A stretch of DNA of 64,000 nucleotides from Lama glama (taxonomy: Eukaryota): contig CM052824.1 in NCBI GenBank assembly GCA_028534125.1, forward strand, positions 59,644,001 through 59,708,000, in the 5' to 3' direction. The notes under the pieces were generated by a model, which made no database searches, had not been told where the DNA came from, and saw only the letters and a list, made by a program, of their open reading frames with translations. Every line of letters starts with the position of its first letter. Position 1 is the first letter of the stretch. Position numbers and translations under genes: made by a program. Of this stretch, positions 37,501 through 49,765 are shown one piece after another.

Positions 37501-38684
37501 GCCAAGGCCGAGAACCTGCTCTGTCCCAGGAGCAGGGGTCACGGCACTCGTGTTCAGGAAGTGTCCCGATCTGCTGGCCTTTGTCCCCACTGCTGTCCCT
37601 TCTGAGAACCTCCAAGCCCAGGTCCCACCCGACGCAGCCCCCGCCACCCAGGAGGAGGTGATCGTGACCATATTGGGCACAGCTGGGACCCTTGGTCCTA
37701 CAGTGGGGGGAGGGGCAGGGAAACCAGAGCCCACCCTGCCCACTGCCCCCACCCAGGCCGAGGCGTCACCTCCCCTGGGCCGGCCTCCAGGTCCTTGGCA
37801 AGGGGCCTGCGGGAATCAGCTCGGCCACCGCCTGGCAGTGCCCAAGCGGGCAGGCCCGGACCTGCCCATGGCCGTCGGGGGAGGGAGGGTGTGGCTGCAA
37901 TCTGTCGCTTTGTCTGTCCCCAGGCGGTGGGCACTGATAGAGGCCTGTGGCGTGCTCCCAGGGCTGCCACGTGCCAGGCCACCATCTCTGGAGCATGGCA
38001 GGGGCTGGGAGGGCTGGGCGGGGGAGGCTAAGGTGGGGCCAAGTGAGGATGGCCAAGACAAGTAGCTTAGGAAGTGCTGGCCACAGACCGACTCTCCTGC
38101 AGGCTCGGAGACTTTCCCACCTACTTTCAAGAGACCAGAGCTCAGAGAGGTTATGCGACCTGCTGAGGTCACATAGCGCAGCTGTAAATGCAGGGACGAC
38201 CAAGTGGTTTTCTCAGAGTTGGGAATTAACTTTCCCATGCCTCCTCCCCTCTCCACCTCCAACCTTCAGCACACAACCCACAGGGTTTTAATAAGGGGCT
38301 AGCCAATGCTCACTTGTATGCCTCCTGTGCTGGGGAGGTCACTCCCATCCTGGGCTGAGCTGTCCAAAACCCAGTGGAGCTGAGGGTCAGGGGTGGAGCT
38401 GGCCACCTGGTAATGCAGAACAGGCTGGACTTGGTAGGAAGTGGAACATCCCACCCAAAGCTGGGCAGAAGTCCACCCTCACCCCTTCCCGAAGCTGGTC
38501 CTTGCTGGGTGAGCAGAGATTAGTCAGGCCAGCCTCTTGGGGTGGGCAGGGTGTGCCAACACGGGGTTCAACTGGCCTGGGCCAGTCCCACCTCCTTCAC
38601 TTTGCCAGTGGACCACCTAAGCCCAGAGATGGACAACGACCTAACTAATGTCACACAGCAAGGGGACAGCAGGATCTTGTGAGG

Positions 38685-39100
38685 GCAGCACCGGTCACAA
38701 GAAAGGTGGAAGCAGCCCGAATGTACATTGACGGTCAGACACATAGACCAATCCCCGCAGGTCCACACAACGGAGTATTGCTCCGCCGTAAAAAGGCACC
38801 ATCACTCACACAGGCGACACCACTGTGAGCCTCACAACATCCTGCTGCGCGGAAGAAGCCACAAGCCACACAAGTCCACTGACGAAACGCGCAGAGCAGG
38901 GGACGCCACAGAGACGGGGGGAGGTGGGTGTAGACTGGCGCCCGAGGCACTGGGGCGGGGATGGGGTGTGACAGCTGGAACTAGCCCAAGGTGATGGTTG
39001 CACACCGCCAAGTGTGCTAAATGCCCCTGAACTGTTCACTTGCAAGGGGTGAGTTTTCTGTTGTGTGAATTTCACCTCAATAAAACATTTTTAATTTAAG
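38685..39100 (+). mobile_element. Old L1MB-like 3' fragment
   Basis: GGTGGAAGCAGCCCGAATGT..GGAGTATTGCTCCGCCGTAAAAAGG..GGTGATGGTTGCACAC..TGTGAATTTCACCTCAATAAAA. Confidence 0.75.
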
Positions 39101-42100
39101 AGAAGGAGCCTGGCGTAGCTCACAGGGAGAATCAGAGCTGCACAGTGCATCCTGGGTGCGTTACCCTGCCAGCTGCAAGGCAGTGAAAGACAGTTTCTCT
39201 CCCAAAGCCCTGTCCAAGTTCTCAGCAGCATCTGGGGAGGCAAGTCAGCACCGAGAATCTCCCCATCAGGATGAGGAAGAGAGGCCCCTCCCCCGGCTCC
39301 CACACCCACGTCCCTGCACCTCCCTCCCATCAGAACAGCCGGGGGAGGGGAGGGGACAGGGAGCCCCAACTCCGGGGCACAACAAGCATCTCTCCCTTTC
39401 ACCCCACGCTCCTCACCCAGCTCAACCCCCTACTAGAAGGCAGAGGTGGCCCAGGGTCTCCAAAGTCCATTGCACTCAGCAGATCCTGAAGCTCCTGCCC
39501 TCAGGTACATCCCCCAAACCCAGGACTCCATGTCCACTCTTAGCCAGCACGCTGGGGGACTCACAGTGACTCTGGGACAGGCCCCCAGGAGGAGAGCATC
39601 ACACAGGCCCACCTCGCCCCTGTGGAGACCCCTTTGGCTATCCACCTGAGCACGGCCACCAGCCTCCACAGGTGACTGCCACACGGGATCTCCATCGGAA
39701 AACACGTCCAGAAACCTTCCTTGCCTTACTCAGAGAACTGGGGGAATTGACCCAGGAGGCCACGTGGCGCCCAGATGCCCAGCCTGCCTGGAAGACTCCG
39801 AAGAACTGACTGCACTGGAGTGTGCGTGGGGGCGCCGCAGACCCGGCCCCTGCAGGTATCGGGGGCCAGCTGCCGCCAGGCAGGAGCGCGAGGAAGAGGC
39901 AACACTGACGCTCCCCGTCGGGAGCCCCAGGGCTCCCTGGGCCCAGCCCCGGCCAGGGGCGGACACCGTGTGCTCCCTTCACCTGACAGCAGCACTTCGG
40001 CCAAGGTGGCCCAGGTCCACCGAGGTGAGAAAACGGAAGCAACTCAACGACTTCCTGTTAATCAAATCCAGTTTCCCCACGACACGCCCTTCAAACGCGG
40101 GAACGTGCAAACGTTGCAAACCATTGAAAACACGTGCGTGGGGGAGAGAGACCCCTCCTCCGGTGGCCGTGATGACGTCATAAAGCACAAACGCCTGGCA
40201 GGCCGCTTTGCTTCCCCACAGAGCTGGGTCGCCGGAGAGTCCCGTCCACATGAGGGCGGGTCCCCAGGGAGGACGTGGGCGCGGGAAGACGGGGCTCGGC
40301 GTCGGTGGGGGCTGGACTCTTAAGGAATCACCGAGCACCTGGTCCCCACCCCAAGCCCCGGAACTGCCAGGTCAGAGGCAGCCTGAGGAGCGGGGCGTGC
40401 TCGGCACCTCCCACCTGCCGCAGCACCCCACGGGCTGGGGCCGCCGAAACGGCTTCGCCTCCGAGAATTTCCAGCAAATGTTTGTGACTCCGTGGGGGGG
40501 CGGCGTGGAGGGCTGTGTGGCTTGAGTGGAGACTCAGCCCCATGCCCCACTGACTACTCGGGGTGACTCAGGGCTTCTCTCGGGTCTCTGAGAGCCACCT
40601 GAGCGAGGCCATGCTACCCAGCATCCTGCAGTGCACATCAGCCCCCACGGGGAGAAGGTTCTAGAACACAGCCAGTGCCGCAGGGAGAAGGGGGCCAGCT
40701 GCTGCCAGGGCCCCCAGGCTGTCACACTGACCCGTCAAGCAGTGACAACCACCCTGGGGCAGGGATGAGCAGGCGCTCAGAGGCCCAGGAAGCTTGTCTT
40801 GAGCTACCAAGGGACCTGGCTGGGACTCGAGCCACAGCCAGGCCAGCTGAAGGCCCCACCCCGTCCTGCGCAGGCTGGTGGGGGCCGGAGGCCCCGAGGG
40901 GCTGCAGGCCTTCTTTCCCAGAGCTCGGCTAAAGCCCCTGACCTTGCCTCCCACAGGTCCCAGCAAGAGCCCCCACCTCCCCTGCACCCCCGTCCTCTTC
41001 GCACATGTCCCCTCCCTGCCACCTGCCCTGTTCCCATGCACCCCAACGGGGGCTGCCTCCAGACTCAACTTGGGTCCACCGTCCACCCCCCATCCCACCC
41101 TCATCCTGCCAAGCCAGGCCAGGCTCTGCCTCCTCCAGGAAACCGCTGTCCTCCCTGACTGCGGATCAGGCCACCCCTCAGCACCGGGCAGGTGGCAGAG
41201 CACAGAGAGCCGGCAGCTGTGTGGCCCCTCGGACAGCCTCATCGGCCCGGAGGGTATCGATGCCGCCTGCTTCCCCGTTTCCTCCATCTGCCCCTGCCCA
41301 GGGGTCTGAAATCACCTCTTGTAAACTGAGGCCCCTGTGACTCCCCCATCCACGGAGACGGCCCCAGCCCACCTGCATGAGCCCTGATGGAGAGCATGGA
41401 CGTCTGGCCTGAGCGTGGGGGGGACAGCTCCCGGCACACGCCCCTCCCCCACGGCCATCTGGACACCGACTCTGGGGAGGGGCCACGGCTCCACAGTTCA
41501 GCGAGGAGAGGCCCCAAGAGCCCCACCCCAAGAAACTCCGTCTCGATTGTCCTCTGTCCCATGCGGGTTATTCCAGTGTCTCCTCCCCTGGTTACTCCAG
41601 TAAACGAAGACAGACTGAAATCTGAGGGGCACATAAAACTTCACCATCGTAGGAGGGACCCTGACAGCCTTCCTGGACCCCTTCTGATCACCCTGTGGCC
41701 TCGTCTCGAGGGGACTGCAGAACGTCCCGGTGCCCAGAGGTCCCCCTACCTGGGTGGAGGGGTCAGGCGGCCCGGCTGTGAAATGGCGCTGTCCCCCGGC
41801 AGTGGCCCAGCCTAATTCCAGCAGGACACTCGGTGCCCAGCCTCCTAGGCCCTCAGAGCTGAGGGGCCTCTGTGGCCCCAGCCACCCACTAGAAGGGGCT
41901 GCCCTCAGCCCGGAGGAGGGGCCAGGCCAGGGCAGGGGTCAAGCCTAGAATGACAGTCAGGAGTGCATCCGCTTCAGGGAGCAAGGGCAGCGGCCATCTT
42001 TGCGGCCCCTCCTGCCTGCGCCCGGCCACGTGGCCGCAGGAGCCTGGGCAGCCTCTGTCCCCGCTGCCGAGTGGGGGGTGGGGTGGGGTCAGGATAGGAC

Positions 42101-45100
42101 CCTCGGCCAGGGCCGGCTAGGGCTGCACCCGGACCATCTGTGGAAAGACTGGGCCTGCAGGGCCTGGAGGCAAGCATGGCTGAGGCCTCAGTCACCCTGG
42201 GGTGGGGTCCCTGCCGCCCCTCTGCCCACGCAGGGAGACTAGCACTGATGATGAGAGACAAATTTAGCCTCCCCACCCTGGGGCAGGGTGCACTTGTGAA
42301 ACACGAAAACAGCTGGAGGTGCCCGATTAAGCTGCCCTCTGTCCCTCCTGGGCCGGGGCCCACGGGAAGGCGGGGGAGGCGGGCTCTGGGAGCGGCCCCA
42401 GGAATCCCCCCATCCCTGAGGCCTCGCACCCCACCAGCCTCTTACCCGGCCGCCAGCCTCGGTCCCCCACAATCAGCCTCCTCCTGCAGCCCGGCCCAGG
42501 GAAGGAACGGCTCCCCTCCGGCACCTGGGCCCCGTCCGGAGCACAGCGGGGTTGCCCGGCAGTTTCTGTTTGAATCTAACGGTTGGCTTAGCACCCACGT
42601 GAGGCAGGGAGCTGGGTGGTGGCTCTCTGACCACGTGGGCTTCACGCCCTTCTGGAAGGAAATGGCTGACCAAATCCTCCAGGGCGGCCAGGCTCCTGGT
42701 TGACCCAGACCTTTGCTAGGAGTGTGGGGGACCCACCAGCGCACGCCCCACCGCCCTGCCGGAGAGGGCTGCCACCCACCAGCTCCCTGGTGGAGGAACA
42801 TGTGCAGCCAGACGAAACACAGAAACACCAAAGCCTGGTGACATCACAGCGGGGCGGCGCACAGGGCCTCTGGCTGTGCCGACCACAGAAACATGCACAC
42901 AGAGGTCAGGTCACATGCCCGGAGACACGGCCGTCGGAGCGGGGAGCCCGGCCCGGCCGGCGGGCACCTGTGCCCTTGCTCCTGACCCTGCCCTCTACTT
43001 GACCCCTCCTTCAGGAGGTGAGCCCCAAGGGCCACAGCCCCTCCCCAGCCTGCGTTCCCACCCACACAGCCCCACCCGCATTCTGCTGGGAAGTCCCTGG
43101 TCCACCGTCTTTCTTCACCTGCACATAGAGGCCCCACCCACATCCGGGGCCCACCCTGCCCTCTGCTGACCTGCCCATGGCGTCCCCCCAGTCCCAGCCT
43201 CCGCTCCCTACGTGTGCAGGTCCCACCAGGACACACGGCTCCTGTCCCTTGGTTTTCTGCTCTGCAGCCGGGCACTGCCTGGCACACTCCCCGCTGGGGG
43301 CAACATAATTGATTCCTGCTTGGACTTCAAAGTCTGGACCCTAGGAGCAGAGGCCAAGTGGAGGAAAAGCCTCAGCCCTCCGTCCCTGCCCAGCGTGGAG
43401 AAAGCGGGGCATCAGGTGAGTTTGTAGGTGGGGGGAGGGGGCAGTCAGAGGCACAAGAGGTCTGATGGGGGGTAAACTTTCTCTAAGAAGGGAGCAGGGT
43501 AGGGGGTGACACTGATGGGGGGGTCCTAGGTGTAAGGAGGGGGCAGTGCAGGGACAGGTCAAGGCTGGCTGGCATGGCAGCCCTCAGCTTGGAGATGTGA
43601 TGCGCCCTGAGCCCACCTGTGCCACCTGGTGGGACGGGGCTTCCACGACAGCACCCAGACAGGGGGCCAGGCTGGGGAGTGGGAGCAGACTTGAGGGAGG
43701 TTCAGGCCAGCATGGGGTAGGATGGGGCCCCCGGAGGAGGGGCAGCTGCAGAGCTGGGAGACTCAGGAGGCTGGTGATGGAGAAGCTTGGGGGCAGAGCA
43801 GCTGTGTGAGCCTTCAGCCCTGACTCGTTCCACTTGACAGCCGAGCATGGCAGGGAGTGGACGGTTGCTGGGCGCATCCTGGACCCCTCCGTCTCACTGC
43901 CTACCTCCAACCCCGCCTCCACAGGGATCTGGAATCCGGTGCTCCCAGCCACGGGGCCACCCCAGTGCCCGAGTCCCTCGACTCCCTCCTGCACCCTGTT
44001 CCTGGTAAGTACAGCCGCCTCTCAGCGGCTCTCCCTGCTTCTGCCTCATCTGACCCTGGACCCTCCAGTGTCTGACGAACAAGCTTTCCTGGCCCGTGAA
44101 GCCCCAGGACCCACCCACCCTACCCCCACCCCCACCACACCTCCAGCTTCTCACCTGCTTGTGCACTGGCCCTTCTGCCGAGGGAGCACCAGGCTGGTTT
44201 GGCCCCTGTGCCTGAAGCCAGCGGGCTGGCTCCAGCGCTGCCCGGTTTATAGCCGCACCCCCTTCCCTGATTCCCCAGCAGTGCACTGCCTTGTCACCTG
44301 CAGCATGTGTGGAATCAGCTCCCATCACCAGAGAAACCCGTGGAAGCCCTCATCAGCCCTGGATGCTTCCTGTCGTCTCACTCCACGAGTCAGGGTCCCC
44401 AAGGCTGGGGTCACTGCTGTATCCCCCGGGCCAAGAGTCCCTGACACAGTGCAGGTGGCAGTTGATACCCGTATGAGCAGGTGACTGGCACAGGTACAGG
44501 TATCCCTTAGGGGCAAACAGCCATCTTCGCTGGAGGAGCCTCTGCCTTGGGGAACCACCTGGCAGGGGACCACTGTGGAACCTCACTGGGCACTGGGGCT
44601 GCTAGCCTCACCCCAACAGGATGCCACCCTCTTGCCCACCAGGCTGCCAGGCACCCCCATCCTTTCCATCTGTCTCCTCCAACCCCTCCCTCCTGGGGTC
44701 ACACCTCTACATGCCAGGGCGCCCTGCTCTGTCCTCCAGAACCTCTTCCCCCGACAAGAATCTGCTCCTGCAACCCTGCCACGCACGGCTGTTCCCAAAG
44801 CTTCATTCCCACCTGGCCGCCCCGCTCCAGACTCCTCCACCTTCCTTGAAGGGCACCCACTCAGCTGAGTGCCCCTCCTTTGCAGCCTCCTGACTTCTCC
44901 CCTCTGGGCTCTGCACTGTGAGCCCAGGATATGCTAATTTCCTGACTCTCTACCCATCCCCACTCAGCTCCCCACCCTCGCCCCCTCCGCCGCCATCCCC
45001 ACTCGGCTGCCTGACCTCGTCCCCCGCGGTGGAGGCAGCAGTGCCCCCCGCCCCCGAGCGCTCTGTCTGACTCATGAGTTACGTTCCAGTCCGGCTCTGA

Positions 45101-45310
45101 AGTCAGCTGACATCGGATGTGACTTCATCCATGTTGTCCTGACATTGGTCCATCCACCCCTTACTCATTCCAGAAACATCCATCAGTGTTCCTCAGAGCT
45201 GCCTTTCAAGAGCTGCCTCTGCCCCACCTGCCTCTTCCTGCCCCCACCTTCCCTCCCCACCCCTGGGGTTCTCCTTCTGATAATGATGGCCGACACCTAC
45301 CCTGTGCTCA

Positions 45311-45360
45311 CTCGGAGTCAACCCAGCCTGGAACCCTCGGAGTCAACCCAGCCTGGAACC
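45311..45360. repeat. Perfect 25-nt tandem duplication
   Basis: CTCGGAGTCAACCCAGCCTGGAACC x2. Confidence 0.95.
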
Positions 45361-46479
45361 CTCTCTTGATCCAGTCTTCAGAGTAGCCCAGGAGGGAGGC
45401 ACGGCTGTGCCCCTACCTTCCCGGGGTTCTTACAGAAGCACAGAGGGAGCGGGCCGCTTGCCCAGGCCACACAGCCCAGAAGGGCCAAGGCTGGGTTTGA
45501 GCCTAAATCTGGTTAGCATCCAGCTAACCCCTTCCCATCAGGCACCCCGCCCTCCAGGGGGACTCCCTCTTGGGGGACAGACAAGAGAGCCAGCCTTTTC
45601 CCCTGCCCAGTGTGAAGGGTGCCCTGAAGGGGTGTGGACAGGACCAGGGTCAGCCCAAGGGTAAATGAAGGCCCACAGTGAGTTGCCATTTTCGGGTCTT
45701 GCAAGCTAATGGAGAGGGTCCCATCCTCCTCCCTCCCAGAGGGGCACCGATGGCACGGAGCTCGGCCAAGGAGGATCCTGCTGGCCCTTCGGGTCTGGGG
45801 AGGTGGGAAGAGCAAGGAGGGCTGCAGAGTGGACAGGGTGCCCAGAGGTCTCGGCCACAGGAAGGGCTCTGGACCTGCCTCCATGGGCCTTGGGGGTTGA
45901 GGACAGGGTTCAGCTCCCAGAGGGATGCAGTGGGATTCTGGTGGGGAAGGTCATCCTGGGGGGCACATTGTGGGGTGGGCGAACCCAGAGGCTGGTGGTC
46001 AGTGGGGCAGTCTTGGCTGGGTCCAGGCGAGGTGGGGGCATAAACCAAGGGGACACAGGAAGGGACAGGAAGGGATGAGGACACCTGTCCTGCCCCAGAA
46101 CCCCTTCTAAGCTGACCCACATCCAGTTAATGTGCTTTTGAGTCCTTCAACCAGCTGCAGATTCAGGGGCCTCCCACCACGTACCAGCTGTGCGCACATT
46201 CAGGGCCTCTGTTTTCTCATCTGTAGAATTGGGGAAGTCACACCCACCATGCAGGGTTGATTTACGCAAAAGCATCTAGCAGGATTCCCTGGGCCGCTCA
46301 GGGGTGAAAATCAGCTCCTGTCTGACCACTGGGGCGGCTTGTAATCTGCCAGTGGTTGTGTCTCTGTCAAACACTCACCCCTCCTTCGACTCAAACTCCA
46401 GAGGTGCTGCTTCCCGGCAGGAGTGTGCGGGGAGGAGAGCCAGCCCCTGCTCACCCCACTCCCGTCAGCACCATCAAAG

Positions 46480-46620
46480 TACACGCACACATGCACACGC
46501 ATGCACACATGCACGCACGTCTGCATGCACACACACCTGCACGGTGAATACACACATATACTCACATGCATACGCACCTGCATACGCACACATTCCCTCA
46601 TCACAGTGCATACCCCACAC
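46480..46620. repeat. Degenerate (CA)n-like low-complexity tract
   Basis: ACACGCACACATGCACACGCATGCACAC.. Confidence 0.85.
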
Positions 46621-48539
46621 TGGCCCCTCCGTTCAAGTCCGAGGCCCTGGAGGCTCCCCGGCCCCGGGAGACCAGCGTGTGGGCAGCACAGGGAACCGAC
46701 CCAGCAGAGTGAGGGCGGGAGTGGCCAGGGCAGACTCTGGGAACTTATATGTGTGAGGGAGCCGGGAAAGCCCCTTCAGGGCTGGCCCCATGGGGCTGGG
46801 GCACGGTGATCCTCTGTGGGCAAGGGTCTCCTTGGCAGGAAGTGAAGAGAATTCCTGCGGGTCCAAGGGCTGGAGGTGGCGGCACCAGAGTGACTTCTGT
46901 CCCCCACCCATCTACCCCTGGGCCTGGGTTATAAAGTTGCCCCGCCACCCCTGGGGGCAGATGGCCATGCACAGCTCAAGTCCCAGTAAGGGAACTTCGA
47001 GCATGGCCCCACAACGCTGGCCTGTCTGCCACCCGTGTCCCCCGGGCAGCCTGTTTCCAAGTGCCTGGGGGAAGCCAGTGGGGAGAAGCTGCTGAACCCC
47101 AGGGTGGCCCCGAGGAGCCCCCAGTGGCTCCTGGAAGAGGAGGGCCAGCCAGACTCTAAGCCTACCTTGGTGGAGCCTGGAGGGTCTGTGTGTGGAGAGG
47201 CAGCCGGGAAGCCCTCAGCTCGTGGCTGGGCAAGCAGGCAGTGGAAGCAGCGTCCCGGTCACCTAGGTGATGACATTGGAGCTGTGGAAGCCACGTGGCC
47301 GGCCTGGAGCCTTGGGGCAGATGGGGCGGAGCGTGGCCAGGAGCCCTGGGGCTGGCGGGCCGGCCGTGCCCCCTGCTCCGGGTGGATGCCATGCCCTCTG
47401 CACAGTGACCTGGCGACGGCCCTGCCCAGCGGGAACCAGAGCGGGAGGCGGGGGAGCCACCATCTCTACCCGGGTCTGCATGTTTCCCTTCTAGTCCTCT
47501 CTGTCAAAATTTCCAGACACACTCAGAAGTAGAGAAGATGGCGCAGTGAACCCATGGGTCCGTCCCCAGCCCGGTCTCAGCGTGTCTGTCCTCCAGCCAG
47601 AGCCAATTCTACAAACTATACACAGTTTCACCTGCCATGGGTCAGCAGACACTTCTAACAGATAAGGATTCATCTCTTTTAGTATCAAGTCCAACCCCGA
47701 GATTGCTGATACTCAGCTGTTTTTTATCCTACCAACATACTCCTGCCCCCACACGGCAAATGCAGATGACTCAACGTAAGACGCAGCACCATGCCACGTC
47801 CTGAATTTCCAGGCCCGGTTTTCAACTGCTGGTCAGAAGGGCTTTGAAGAGGACCCAGGCTTGGGAGACAACCTGTGTCGGCACGGCTGTCCGTCCTGCC
47901 CCACGGTGGGCAGCAGCACAGAAAGCTCAGCCCAGCCCCGAGTGGACACAGCAAGAGGGATGCTGCAGAGGTAGCCCCCCAGGTTTTCCCGTTGCTAAGC
48001 AACGTGGGTCCTTACGGGGGAGGCAGGAGGTCGGGAGAGGAGAGCAGGGCTGGGCTGCTTGGCTCGTGGCCTCCTCCGTCTTCACAAAAGCACCCCTCCA
48101 GCATCTCCTTCTCTCCGGCTCTGCCCCTCCCCCTCCCCTCACAGGGACCCCTAAGATGACACGGGGCCAGCCAGGTCCCCCAGGGTCACCACCCATCTCG
48201 AGGTCCCTGACTGAATCACTTCCCTCCTCCTGTGAAACCAGTCACCGGTTCAGGGGATTAGGATGTGGAAGCCTTTGAGGAAGCTTTCTCCTGCTTTCCA
48301 GAAGCGTCCGCGTGAGCCCTCTGTTGTGGTGCTCAGCTGCAACCACGCTGCAGCCACGGTGAACCACTACTTCCGGCTGGAGTGAAGACTGCGCAGTGGG
48401 GGGGAGCTCGGGGCGGGTGTTTAAGGCCACTCTCCTGCCCACCCCACCTTGCACCATCGGGTGACCCTCCTCCTGCCCCAGTATCTCTCAGGAGCCCCTC
48501 CTCATACAACGACGAGGCCCTGCAAGTGTGTCTGAACGT

Positions 48540-48705
48540 CAGGAGCAGACAACTGTATTCAACATCTTGCGGTAACTGTAATGAAAGAGAGAATGAAAAT
48601 GAATGTGCTATGTATGCGGATGGTGGAAACGTGAGGTGTGCACCAGAAATGGATGCAACATTGTGCACTGACTAGACTTCAGTAGAAAGGAAGGAAGGAG
48701 GGAAG
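48540..48705 (+). mobile_element. Degraded L1 3' end of the same family as 59671-59920
   Basis: AACTGTATTCAACATCTTG..TGTGCACCAGAAATGGATGCAACATTGTGCACTGACTAGACTTCAGTA aligns by eye to the reverse complement of the 59.7 kb copy. Confidence 0.75.
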
Positions 48706-48769
48706 AAAGTCAACAGCGGACAAATCTCTGTGACTACTCTGTGCCCCCCCGCCCCCAACACGAGGCTGA

Positions 48770-48915
48770 CTGCACCGGGTGCCAGGGAAAGCACTTCACA
48801 CACGAGCCCTGAGCATCCCGTCAACCCTGGGAGAACTACTGTCCCCATTTCACAGGGGAGGAACCGGGGCACAGAGACGAAGGGATGAGTTCGATGTCAT
48901 ACAGCTGCACACAGC
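48770..48915 (-). mobile_element. MIR fragment
   Basis: GTGCCAGG..AAGCACTTCACA..CTACTGTCCCCATTTCACAGGGGAGGAACCGGGGCACAGAGA. Confidence 0.55.
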
Positions 48916-49489
48916 ACACCTGAGCCTAAGAGCCATTAGGAAACAAGCGCTGAAGAACCCACCCCATCCAGACACATCCCGGGCAAGCACCTCCTGCGCT
49001 TCCTGGGACGGGCTTCCTCGTCCGGATGGAACCACCCTGGGAGACTCCAGGAGCGTCTGTACCTGCTGTGCGTCCGACAGCCCCCTGCCCCAGCCCCCCA
49101 CTCTGCGGTGTTAGTTTCCGAGTGCTGCCCAGATGAACCCGGAGGGGCCGGCCGCCGGGGCTCCAAAGCTGCAGGAGGTCCTGTCAGCTCAGCTCAGGGC
49201 ACAGCCCATCCTGCCTGCGGCGCAAGACCCGTCCCACTCTTGGCCGTGAACAAAGGCTGCTCTGGGCCACCGTGCGCTCCCGGGGCCCTCAGCGCGCCCC
49301 AGGCGTCGGCTGCGTCCGCACCCTGCTTCCCAAGCTCCTGGTCTCTGAGGAGCAGTCTGGGCATCCAGCTGACTGTACTGAGGGGCAAGGCTGTAGCCTC
49401 CAAGCCCCACGAACTGCAGGTTACCAAGTGATCAACGAATAAACGCAAGAGTCAAGTCCCCAGAAACACTGCTTCGTTCTGCCCCACGT

Positions 49490-49765
49490 CCCTTTCCTGT
49501 GTTTAGAAACCCAAAAAGCTCGGAAAACCGAAAGCCTTTCTGTACCTCTGGGGCCGACGCCTCTGGGCAGACGCGAGGTGCCTCCTGGTCCCTGTTGCCT
49601 TTTAGGGTAAATACTTCTGTGTCATTGCAGAGACTGGGTGAGCTTGATTGTGGGGGACTCCCATACGACCCCTCGGGGGTGTTATAACAGAGACTCCAAC
49701 TCCTATGTTATTTTTCTAAAATAAAATAAAAATTAATCTGAATTCTGAAATATCAGCGGCGCAGG
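49490..49765. mobile_element. Possible ancient Tigger-like DNA transposon remnant
   Basis: AAACCCAAAAAGCTCGGAAAACC..TTTCTAAAAT..TCTGAATTCTGAAA resembles Tigger-family ends as remembered; weak. Confidence 0.35.

Noticed and set aside
36907-37900. ZEB1 E-box repressor cluster described upstream of human exon 2
   Set aside because: I could not see a convincing CACCTG/CAGGTG cluster here; not supportable without an alignment
45311-45360. CRISPR-like or array interpretation of short direct repeats (also 1589-1624, 8014-8080, 37463-37500)
   Set aside because: Only two adjacent copies with no spacer series; ordinary slippage duplications in a eukaryotic intron
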